A stretch of 64,000 nucleotides of DNA, taken from contig NIVC01001167.1 in the NCBI GenBank assembly GCA_002269645.1, forward strand, positions 1 to 64,000. The letters are read 5' to 3'. The notes below the pieces were generated by a model that had not been told where the DNA came from, did not search any database, and saw only the letters and a list, made by a program, of their open reading frames with translations. Position 1 is the first letter of the stretch; the number at the start of each line of letters is the position of its first letter. Below, in pieces: positions 53,301 to 64,000 of the stretch. This DNA comes from Macrostomum lignano. Taxonomy: Eukaryota. Made by a program: the position numbers and the translations under genes.

Positions 53301-55046
53301 CTATAATTGTATAAAACTTTTATCAGTCTAATTAGAAGGCTATGACAAACAAGTAAATATTGCATTTTGCTATTATTCATTCCAAATTTTGTCTAAAAGA
53401 TATTATAATTAGAAAATATAATAGGCCATCTTTAAAATATTCACTATTGAATATTTGAAAATTGATTTTGTATCAAAGCAATTTCTTTTAATGTTCAAAT
53501 CATATAGGCCTAGTAAACTTTGTTAAAACACTCAAATATTCTACAATATTGTATTATATTTAGATGCCCAATTAAAGCATAAAATTATATTTTTTTTAAA
53601 TATCTTGAAAAATTACTATAAATATATAGGTGGTTAGACTAAAAGGAATCATCTTACTAATGAGCAACAAAGAGCAATTAGCTTGAAAGTGAGCAAATCA
53701 TTGAAGTCTAAATTCAAGAAGTATTCCAATCATTTAGATTGTGTAATTGCTATGACCCTCTAGATCACAATGCCTAGACTATAAGAAAGAGTGCCAAGCT
53801 GCTTGGGCACAACCACTACCAAAGAGAGGAAGTTTAGACAAGAGAAATATTAGAAGAAAAGTGTATTATATACTTTATAAAGTATATATAAAGTGTATAT
53901 AAGTTAGAACCAAGAGAAAGAATAATAGAGAGCCCTAGGGCAAAAATAGATAACAAACTAAGTCTAGTTATCAACTTAAAAGCATTTCCAATTTGCTATT
54001 AAATTTATAAGGCCAATAGACAAAGTGAGAAAGCAAATTTTAATAACCCCCATTAGATTATGGTCCTTTCTTAATTTATTCTTCCTATTGTCAAATTCTA
54101 TAAGTATAATCAATATCATGGTTTTGCTATTCCCGAAACTTCCTTAAAGTAGAGTAGGATAAAGTAAAACAGTAACTCTAATTAGATCATGATCCATTCC
54201 TAAATATAGAAGTGCTTCACAGCCTGCCACAATATAAGAAGAATCTAAAATGAGTATTCAAAAACCTATCAAAAGCCATCCATAGCAATGCCCAATGGTA
54301 GTGACAGACAAGGCATGGCCAAAAATAATTGAGTAAACATAGTATTATGCTTCTGGTATACAAAGCGTAAATATATAAACTTATAAAGGACAGCTGACAT
54401 ATGGTATATGGCATTTCATACTTATACTTTACACAATCTGCTTAATTTTTAATGAATAAATTTAATGTTATTGTTAGGCCTAGGGCCTAACCATAAAAAA
54501 CTTCAACAGTGAAATTCACTTTGAATTGAGGCAAAAATATACCAAGCCTCTATTAGATGTAATTTATTTTCTATACTATGCATCAACTAAAAAATGATGC
54601 TTTAATATTAGTTTGCACCTTACACTAGCTTAACGGGCTACACAATAACTAAGTTGCCAAACGTAAACAAAAATGCCTGTTAAAAATGCGAAAGTAAAAT
54701 ACAGTAAAACAAATTACCCATTACCCTAACTTTGCTCATACACGTTAAAACCACTTGATATTATACATTATGGCAGAAGATGTAAAAGTAAGCTTAGCTA
54801 TTGATTTTCGATTCTCAATGACGGGGGTAGGGGTCGGGTAGTTTTGGGTAGCTTTTTGGAGTAAAACACTACCAACAAAAATAAACGTGAATTTCATCAT
54901 AATCTTTCAGTTTTTCACCTAAAAAAATTCCACACTAGAAGCTGCATAGGTTAGCCGCATTTTCTGGACGATTTGAAGCAGGTAGATGCCTAAAATCATC
55001 AGGTAGCTTGTTACCCCATTTTTCGGGTAGTGTTTTACCCCTTACC
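47363..55046. mobile_element. Mutator-like (MULE) non-autonomous element with ~785-bp TIRs
   Basis: Termini GGTAAGGGGTAAAACACTACCC in inverted orientation; perfect 9-bp TSD AAAAATTAA at 47354-47362 and 55047-55055. The right TIR is 54262-55046. The left TIR is split into 47363-47757 and 50499-50877. No transposase ORF recognised. Confidence 0.85.
47758..50494. mobile_element. 2.7-kb non-autonomous DNA transposon nested in the left MULE TIR
   Basis: TIRs GGGTCGTTCTCAAA / TTTGAGAACTACCC (13/14), flanked by GGCA on both sides; the intact right TIR has a single GGCA at this site. A 4-bp TSD with GGG ends would fit Sola2 (inference). Confidence 0.8.
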
Positions 55047-55268
55047 AAAAATTAAAGTTCTATGCCTTTTTTAAGATGGTGCAAATCAATTAATCAAAGA
55101 ATATAACAATATATGAGTTTGTATCAGTTATCACAATATGTATTTTTATTTTATATATTTATATAATATATATTATAATTATATTGCATACATTGTTCAA
55201 GTTAAACTAAATTTGGCAATGACCAATGTTCTAGACCTAGTTAGTTCCCTATTTCTGTGTTAAATTAA

Positions 55269-57195
55269 GGGTCGTTTCGCAAACCCTAATTTTCACAACG
55301 TCGAAACCAGAACCTTTCATAAGACCTATATTTCATAATACCTTAAAGGCATGCACGGAATTTCAAAAGCCCTAAATTTTACTATCTCTAAATTTCACAA
55401 ACCCTAAATATCACAATGTCAAAAATTAAATTTGCTTCTATTTTCAGAAGCTCTAAATTTCACAATGCCTAAAAACACTATGGAGATACAATCTTTCACA
55501 AGACCTAAATTTCACAATGCCTAAAAACACTATGGAGATACAATCTTTCACAAGACCTAAATTTCACAATGCCTAAAAACACTATGGAGATACAATCTTT
55601 CACAAGACCTAAATTTCACAACGCCTAAAAACACTATGGAGATACAATCTTTCACAAGACCTAAATTTCACAATGCCTAAAAACACTATGGAGATACAAT
55701 CTTTCACAAGACCTAAATTTCACAATGCCTAAAAACACTATGGAGATACAATCTTTCACAAGACCTAAATTTCACAATGCCTAAAAACACTATGGAGATA
55801 CAATCTTTCACAAGACCTAAATTTCACAATGCCTAAAAACACTATGGAGATACAATCTTTCACAAGACCTAAATTTCACAATGCCTAAAAACACTATAGA
55901 GATACAATCTTTCACAAGACCTAAATTTCACAACGCCTAAAAACACTATGGAGATACAATCTTTCACAAGACCTAAATTTCACAATGCCTAAAAACACTA
56001 TGGAGATACAATCTTTCACAAGACCTAAATTTCACAACGCCTAAAAACACTATGGAGATACAATCTTTCACAAGACCTAAATTTCACAATGCCTAAAAAC
56101 ACTATGGAGATACAATCTTTCACAAGACCTAAATTTCACAATGCCTAAAAACACTATGGAGATACAATCTTTCACAAGACCTAAATTTCACAACGCCTAA
56201 AAACACTATGGAGATACAATCTTTCACAAGACCTAAATTTCACAACACCTAAAAACACTATGGAGATACAATCTTTCACAAGACCTAAATTTCACAATGC
56301 CTAAAAACACTATGGAGATACAATCTTTCACAAGACCTAAATTTCACAATGCCTAAAAACACTATAGAGATACAATCTTTCACAAGACCTAAATTTCACA
56401 ACGCCTAAAAACACTATGGAGATACAATCTTTCACAAGACCTAAATTTCACAATGCCTAAAAACACTATGGAGATACAATCTTTCACAAGACCTAAATTT
56501 CACAACGCCTAAAAACACTATGGAGATACAATCTTTCACAAGACCTAAATTTCACAATGCCTAAAAACACTATGGAGATACAATCTTTCACAAGACCTAA
56601 ATTTCACAATGCCTAAAAACACTATGGAGATACAATCTTTCACAAGACCTAAATTTCACAATGCCTAAAAACACTATGGAGATACAATCTTTCACAAGAC
56701 CTAAATTTCACAACGCCTAAAAACACTATGGAGATACAATCTTTCACAAGACCTAAATTTCACAACGCCTAAAAACACTATGGAGATACAATCTTTCACA
56801 AGACCTAAATTTCACAATGCCTAAAAACACTATGGAGATACAATCTTTCACAAGACCTAAATTTCACAATGCCTAAAAACACGTCTGATAGATTGTATCT
56901 CCATAGTGTTTTTAGACATTGTGAAATTTAGAGCTTGTGAAATTTAGAGCTTATGAAATTCTGTGCACAACTTTTCGACATTGTGAAAATTAGGTCTTAT
57001 GAAAAGTATGGCTTGTGAAATTTATAGTTTATGCAGTCTGATGCAAGTTTTGTTTTTGACGTTGTGAAATTTAGAGCTTATGAAATACTATGCACAACTT
57101 TTCGACAATGTGAAAATTAGGGTTTATGAAATTTAGAGCTTATGAAAGTTTGTGTCTTGCAACGTTGTGAAATTTAGGGCTTGTGAAAGTGACCC
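55269..57195. mobile_element. Foldback/Mutator-like element carrying an internal 52-bp satellite
   Basis: Inverted ends GGGTCGTTTCGCAAACCCTAATTTTCACAACGT / ACGTTGTGAAATTTAGGGCTTGTGAAAGTGACCC; 9-bp flanks TTAAATTAA / TTAAATTAT. Confidence 0.75.
55452..56880. repeat. 52-bp satellite (CCTAAATTTCACAATGCCTAAAAACACTATGGAGATACAATCTTTCACAAGA), ~27 copies
   Basis: Highly homogeneous tandem array; an inverted partial unit lies at about 56890-56930. Confidence 0.95.
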
Positions 57196-57659
57196 TTAAA
57201 TTATTCTAAATTCTTACCTATTTTTCTTCCTTTTCATTTTTCAACCATGCACACATTTATCAATCACTGTCTACATTTTATTAATTTTGTTGATCTGAAA
57301 ATTCTAATTTTGTTGTCTTTGTTGGTCAGCAGTGTCTTGCTGCTTAGGCACTGAAGCTACCCAAGGTAATTCGTACTGATGATAGCCCATAAAGTACATA
57401 TAGGTATGTTGAAACCTATGGATTTTGAACCCAGGGAATTCTAATCCTGGGAACTATTTTTGCATGTATTCTAAAATCTAAGGCCATACACAAACAAAAA
57501 CTTGTTAATAGTTAGTAGGATAGAGGTAGACATAAAATGGAAACATTCATGTAAAATTAGGGTTTGAGGCAAACATTGATATTGTTGGCTGGGGTATTGC
57601 ACAGAATGTCAGGCAATGTCTGTTTGACTCTAAAACATTTATTGGCAAACTCTGGTCTC

Positions 57660-57861
57660 TCCCTGACTCTCCCTATGTCTCTTGGATCCTTTAAAATTTC
57701 TATTGTCTCTTCTGTTTCCTCTCTTCTCTCTAATCCCTCATCTCTCCTCCCCTCTTCTCTCGTATTTTCCCTCATCTCTTTTCTCTCTCATCTTTGCTCT
57801 CTTATCTTTCCTTTTTCTTCTTTTATCTTTTCTCTCTTATCTCTTCTCATTTCTCTCTGCT

Positions 57862-57903
<42 letters not shown>

Positions 57904-58560
57904 CTCTCCTCTCTCTACTCTCTCCCCTCCCTATTCTCCTCTTTCCTCTCCTCTCTCCTTACTCACTTCTCTCCCTTTGTCTCTCCTCTCTCCTCTTGTC
58001 TCTGTAATCTCTCCTCCATTCTCTCTACTCTCCCATCTTTCATCTGTTCACTCTTGTCTCTGCTCTCTCATCCCCCTCTTTATTCTGGCATTTCTGTCTT
58101 ATATCTTCTCTCACCTCTCTCCTCTATACTCTTTTCTTTTCCCTCTTTTGACTCTTCACTTTGCTTTCTCTTTTCTTCTTTTCTCTTTTCTTCCTTTTTC
58201 TATACTCTCTCTCCCTCTCTTCTCTCTCTCCACTCTCCTCTCTCCTTTATCTCTCATCTCTCATTTCTCATCTCTCCTTCCACCTCTCTTATCTCTATAA
58301 CCTTAGAGATGTAGAGATGTAGGCCTATCTTTATCTCTTCTCTCTTCCCTTTACTCTCTCATCTCTTCTTTCACCTCTTTCCTCTCTGCTTTCCTTTCTG
58401 CTGTCTCCCGTCTCCTCTCATCTGCAGCTCTCTGCTCTCATCTCTACTCTGTCCCCTTTTCTCCCCCTCTCTCTTATCATTCTCACTCCCTCATCTCTCC
58501 TATTATCTTTTATCTTTTCTTTTATCCCCTCTGTCACCTCTTCTCTCTTCAAATAGTCTA
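57660..58560. repeat. CT-rich low-complexity polypyrimidine tract
   Basis: Direct reading; the Leu/Ser/Phe ORFs here are compositional artefacts. Confidence 0.9.
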
Positions 58561-60891
58561 TTCCTTTTTCTTTCCACTCTCATCTGCCCCTCAGCCATGA
58601 GCTGGATTCTTTATCTGGCCTTTGAGGTTAAAAGTCTGCCTATCCCTGCTTAGAAAGCCAGTTTGTGGGACGTAGTACTCTCATGGTTGTTCCCATACTT
58701 TGATCACGTCATCTTTCTTGCCAATTTTCAGCCCTGAAAGGAATTTGTGTATCTTCAGCTCCACTGCAGTCTGCATCAGTCTAACAACCAAGGAAATATA
58801 CATTTCTTAGGGGGCCATTTATAGTTTACACAGTACCTTTAAAAGAAACCTAAAATTTCCATGGTGTACCTAATTTAGTAGGGTTGTATTGCATTGCATC
58901 GCATTGCCTTTTCATAAATCTTTTGCTTTTACAAACCATGCTGGATTCCCTCGATTTGCCAATTGCCATCCACTGTTAAACTGCTGCAGAGTTTGCCAAT
59001 ACAGAGGGGAGGGTTGTGGTTAAAATTTCTCATTAAACTGTTATGGATAAATATAGCCTCTCAACTCTTGGGGTGCAGAGAAGGCTATAAATAAAGTTAT
59101 TCCAAAACACTGTACATTGCCATGTACATTCAGTCCTATCGCCTGATCATTTGTCTGGCTTTGGGGAATGAGTGAGAGAATGGCACAAACAACAGAAAAA
59201 ACAGACAAACTTCACATGCTTATAGTTTCTTCTCTGAATGCATTACAGAGTTGTAACTTTACATTTAGACAGAGAATGAGTCAATGAAGAATTGTGTCAA
59301 GTTTAAAGTCAATCGCTTTATGGGGAGCAAACTTATAGCAGCTTAAAGTTAGTCAATTTTGATTGAAACCTTACAAATCTGGGCCCAGATCGGGATCAGG
59401 AAAGAGGCAGGCAGGCAGAGGTGGGGTTGTTGCTAGGCTGAAAAAACAGCCTAACTTTAAAAGTGCACAGTGCCACTCAGGATTAACTTTGAGACTCAAA
59501 ATTTTACATGATTGTGCCAAAATAGTTTAAGATTGTCTGTGTCAAATTTGAAAAGAATCGGTAGAAGTGGAGTGGCACTATAAAGGATTTATTGAAAAAA
59601 TCACACATTCTGAGCAGTTTTTTGTACTTTTAGGTAGGAAGACTTGAGTCTAGGAAATTTAAAGGTAGCCTAAGACATTCTCCATAGTAAGTTTAGGTTG
59701 GGTGTAAAGTTTGGTGGCATTTGGTTGAGCAGTTTGGGAGTCCATAGCAATCAAAATTGTCCACAGACAGACAGACAGACACACAGAGTTTTGATTTTTA
59801 AATAGTTAGTTAGAGTTAGAGTTAGCCAAATAGTTAGAGATAAGTTCAAGTTCAAGTATAACAATTACACTTTAACAACTTAGTGGCTAAACAGTCAGAG
59901 CCAGGTGTTAAGTGGACGCGCATGTCAACGGGATTTAATCAAATTAGTTAACTGGCAGATGTAATTGGTGCTATCAACTGTACGCATGTTCGAATTCAAA
60001 GGAGGATCTTGTAGGATAGAAGGAATAGCAAAGAAGTGCTACAACATCTATTATAATCATCTATCATATGAAACTAGGACTAGGACATTGCTATAATTGA
60101 TTGTCTAATTTTTTTAATTTAGTTAATAAAAAGTTGAATATGCCTAAATCTTAATAATATAGACTTAATTTAATCAGAGTTTATGAGTTTTGATATAAAC
60201 AAAGTCATTTTCATTAAAACAATAGGAATTCCAAAGATATATTAACTTGAGCCTCTTTAGATAGGTCTAATATTTGCAAAAAGATAGTCTAGGCTTGAAG
60301 TATATATATGGACTATATGGAATATTTTTAAATTGAAGATTTAGAATTTTGTCAGGATTTCAATCAAGTATATTGCCTTTGCCTACTAATAATCTAATAT
60401 AAAAGGTGGTTAAGAAAAAATAGGCTAGTATATACTACTAGCAGTGCTAGCACTCGCAATAACCAGCTGTAGTTGTTCCTTTCATTGGTATTAGTTAATT
60501 TTTATATTTAATTGTATGTCTGCCTATATAGTATACTGGCAAAGTTTTAATTAAACAACCATAAGAATGTTTTTTCTTAACCTTTATTAAACCATTGTCT
60601 AGTGTACTACTCTTAGCTTTATGCTAGCTTTGTACTTTCAATTTTCTAATAGTATTTTATAGCTCCCTGTAATTCACCCTAGTTTATTACTACCCTATAA
60701 TCCTGATAGATTGCTATATAACTCATCAATAAAAAGTGATACAAAACCATTGCACCCCATTGGATATTTTGTCTAGTTGCTGAGTATATAATAGCAAAGC
60801 TAAAACACTAAAACTAAAGCAGTAAATGAGGCTAATGATCTATTATAATTTAAAAATCTTTTATTTCTGCTCTATACGCTATTCAAAGATC

Positions 60892-63739
60892 ATGACAGAT
60901 GCAAAATATATTGCTGTTCTTGATGTTGGTTCTTCAAGTGCTCGGGTTCACATCTATAATGAAGAGGCCACAATTATACTTAGCAAAAGTGCCAAGGCAG
61001 GTGTTAACTATAATTGATTTATTAATCAAGTACTTCAGAGTCTACAACAGAATAATTTTAATATCCACATAAATAGGTAACTGCCTTGCATCCAGAGCCA
61101 TTGCAAACTGAATATGACCCAGAGGATCTGTGGAAAGTTTGTAAAGGAATATTAGAGGAAGCTTTTGCTGGTAAGAGTGACCTCGTGTATCATTACTTAC
61201 ATATTGCATATTGCAGTGTTCAATAATCAATAGCAATTACTCTAGTTTGCACTGCAACCACCCACTGCACCATAGAACCTCACTGCATACTGCTGCACCC
61301 ACCCCACTCCATACCACTACACCCACCCCACTCCATACCGCTACACCCACCCCACTCCATACCGCTACACCCACCCCACTCTATACTGCAGCACCCACCC
61401 CACTCCATACTGCAGCACCCACCCCACTCCATACTGCAGCACCCACCCCACTCCATACCACTACACCCACCCCACTCCATACCGCTACACCCACCCCACT
61501 CCGTACCGCCGCACCCACCTCACTCTATACCGCCGCACTCACCCCACTCCATACCGCATCACCCACCCCACTCCATACCGCCGCACTCACCCCACTCCAT
61601 ATCGCAACACCCACCCCACTCCATATCGCAACACCCACCCCACTCGATACCGCCGCACCCACCCCACTCCATACCGCTACACCCACCCCACTCCGTACCG
61701 CCGCACCCACCTCACTCCATACGGCCGCACTCACCCCACTCCATACCGCATCATCCACCCCACTCCATACCGCAACATCCATTCCACTCCATACCGCAGC
61801 ACCCACCCCACTTCATACCGCTGCACCCACCCCACTTCATACCGCCGCACCCACCCCCCGCAGAGGTGGCGCCCAGCCGGATCCGCGGCCTGGGCATCAC
61901 AGTAATGCGCAACTCAGTCACAGCGTGGGAACGTGACAGTGGCAAGCCGCTGATGCCCATCATCTCCTGGCAGGACCGGCGGGCCGGTAAAGATTGCACA
62001 ATCTGGAATCGATCTCTGAGAATGCGGGCATTCAGGGCGGCGTGCTGGGCTCTGTACAAGCTTACTGGCCGAGCGAAATTCTTGGCTGCGTCTGTGCTGC
62101 AGTTCAAAATCGGTATGCCGGTTATTCAATTGGTGAAGCTCTTTGCCGAGAACCCGGCCCTGTTAGAGAGGGCCAGGCGCGGCGAGATTTGCGTCGGCTG
62201 CAACGAGTCCTGGCTGTTGTGGCGTTTGACCGAGGGCAGAACGTTTGCTACCGATTATTCTTGCGCCAGCACTACCGGAATGTACGATCCGTTTGGGGTG
62301 AGAATCCTGTCAGTCACTCATTTACTCACTCACTCACTTAATCATATAATCACTCATTTACTCACTCACTCACTTAATCATATAATCACTCATTTACTCA
62401 CTCACTCACTTAATCATATAATCACTCATTTACTCACTCACTCACTCACTGAATCATTCAATCACTCATTTACTCACTCACTCACTCAATCATATAATCA
62501 CTCATTTACTCACTCACTCACTCACTGAATCATTCAATCACTCATTTACTCACTCACTCACTTAATCATATAATCACTCATTTACTCACTCACTCACTTA
62601 ATCATATAATCACTCATTTACTCACTCACTCACTCACTGAATCATTCAATCACTCATTTACTCACTCACTCACTCAATCATATAATCACTCATTTACTCA
62701 CTCACTCACTTAATCATATAATCACTCATTTACTCACTCACTCACTCACTGAATCATTCAATCACTCATTTACTCACTCACTCACTCAATCATATAATCA
62801 CTCATTTACTCACTCACCCACTTAATCATATAATCACTCATTTACTCACTCACTCACTTAATCATATAATCACTCATTTACTCACTCACCCACTTAATCA
62901 TATAATCACTCATTTACTCACTCACTCACTTAATCATATAATCACTCATTTACTCACTCACTCACTTAATCATATAATCACTCATTTACTCACTCACTCA
63001 CTTAATCATATAATCACTCATTTACTCACTCACTCACTTAATCATATAATCACTCATTTACTCACTCACTCAATCATCTAATCACTCCTTTACTCACTCA
63101 ATCATTCAATCACTCATTTACTCACTCACTCACTTAATAATCCAATCTCTCATCTACTCACTCACTCACTCAATCATATAATCACTCATTTACTCACTCA
63201 CTCACTTAATCATATAATTACTCATATACTCACTCACTCAATCATCTAATCACTCCTTTACTCACTCAATCATTCAATCACTCATTTACTCACTCACTCA
63301 CTCACCATCCAGCTGGAGTGGAGCCCCATCGTGGTGTCCGCCCTGCTGCACATGCCTCTGCGCATGCTACCGGAAGTCCGGCCCACAGCCGGCCAGTTCG
63401 GCCACACCGATCTGTTCCCCGGCGGTCCGGTGGACATCACCTCAATTTCTGGCGATCAGAGCGCCGCCACCTTTGGCGAGTTGTGCCACCAGCCCGACCA
63501 GGTGAAGGTCACCCTTGGCACCGGCACGTTTCTGGACTGGAACACCGGCAAAGAGCCTTATGCGTCGATGAAAGGCCTCTACCCCGTGATTGGCTGGGTC
63601 CTTGACGGTGATCAGAGCGGACCGACCTACATGATCGAAGGTAGTCACGCAGACACAGGCAACACACTGGATTGGGGCTGCGCTATGGGATTTTATCCCA
63701 GCGTGTCGGAGGCCGAGTCTGCGGCTTTGACAGTGGCGG
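60892..63739 (+). CDS. GK5: Glycerol kinase 5-like FGGY kinase, 5' part (continues beyond the window)
   Basis: Exons 60892-60996, 61077-61170, 61864-62297 and 63313-63739. VLDVGSSS, EYDPEDLW, GLGITVMR, ISWQDRRA, the GK5-type insert WNRSLRMRAF..LYKLTG..FLAAS, TDYSCASTTGMYDP, GDQSAATFG, VKVTLGTGTF. Confidence 0.85.
61255..61860. repeat. 24-bp minisatellite in GK5 intron 2 (CCCACCCCACTCCATACCGCTACA)
   Basis: 8-aa periodic ORF 61211-61936 is its translation. Confidence 0.95.
62312..63305. repeat. ~36-bp TCAC-rich minisatellite filling GK5 intron 3
   Basis: ATCACTCATTTACTCACTCACTCACTTAATCATATA units run from the donor to the acceptor. Confidence 0.95.
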
Positions 63740-63749
63740 GTAAGTGGCT

Positions 63750-63804
<55 letters not shown>

Positions 63805-64000
63805 GCCTGTCTGTCTTAATATCTCTGTCTGCCTGTCTGTCTGTCTGTCTGTCTGCCTGCCTGCCTGTCTTAATATCTCTGTCTGCCTGTCTGTCTGTCT
63901 GTCTGTCTGTCTGTCTGCCTGTCTGTCTTAATATCTCTGTCTGCCTGTCTGTCTGTCTGTCTGTCTGCCTGTCTGTCTTAATATCTCTGTCTGTCTTTTT
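63750..64000. repeat. (CTGT)n microsatellite directly after the GK5 exon 4 donor
   Basis: Donor GTAAGT at 63740; the repeat begins about 10 nt later. Confidence 0.95.

Noticed and set aside
53650-53790. Possible hAT transposase remnant (KSKFKKY..VIAMTL)
   Set aside because: Short, interrupted by stops, and too weak to call without a profile search.
57420-57445. B-box-like GGTTCAAAATCC on the minus strand suggesting a tRNA or SINE
   Set aside because: No convincing A-box or cloverleaf. No tRNA or rRNA gene could be supported anywhere in the window.

Overview
Eukaryotic, intron-containing, repeat-dense genomic DNA. GC-rich exons, AT-rich intergenic DNA and introns packed with minisatellites would fit a free-living flatworm such as Macrostomum, but the host is inference only. 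Six genes can be reconstructed by hand: an SREB (GPR27/85/173)-like GPCR (-), a TTC28-like TPR-CHAT gene (-, 5 exons), a DEG/ENaC channel (+, 3 exons), the 5' part of a glycerol kinase 5-like gene (+), and two genes (A and B) that the ORF track shows only as separate pieces. In both A and B the stop codon of a long ankyrin-type ORF lies inside a GT splice donor. A phase-2 splice joins that ORF in frame to a cGAS-like (Mab-21/cGLR) nucleotidyltransferase. The two paralogues share intron positions and phases but carry different repeat modules: 16 canonical ankyrins in A, and about 21 unusual Cys-Cys 33-aa repeats plus 3 canonical ankyrins in B. This suggests a modular 'repeat sensor + cGAS-like enzyme' receptor family and is the main finding. 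The rest is transposon-derived (a 7.7-kb Mutator-like element with a nested insertion, foldback elements, a hAT MITE, Gypsy and RTE fragments) or tandem repeats. Splice models come from sequence only, without transcript data.
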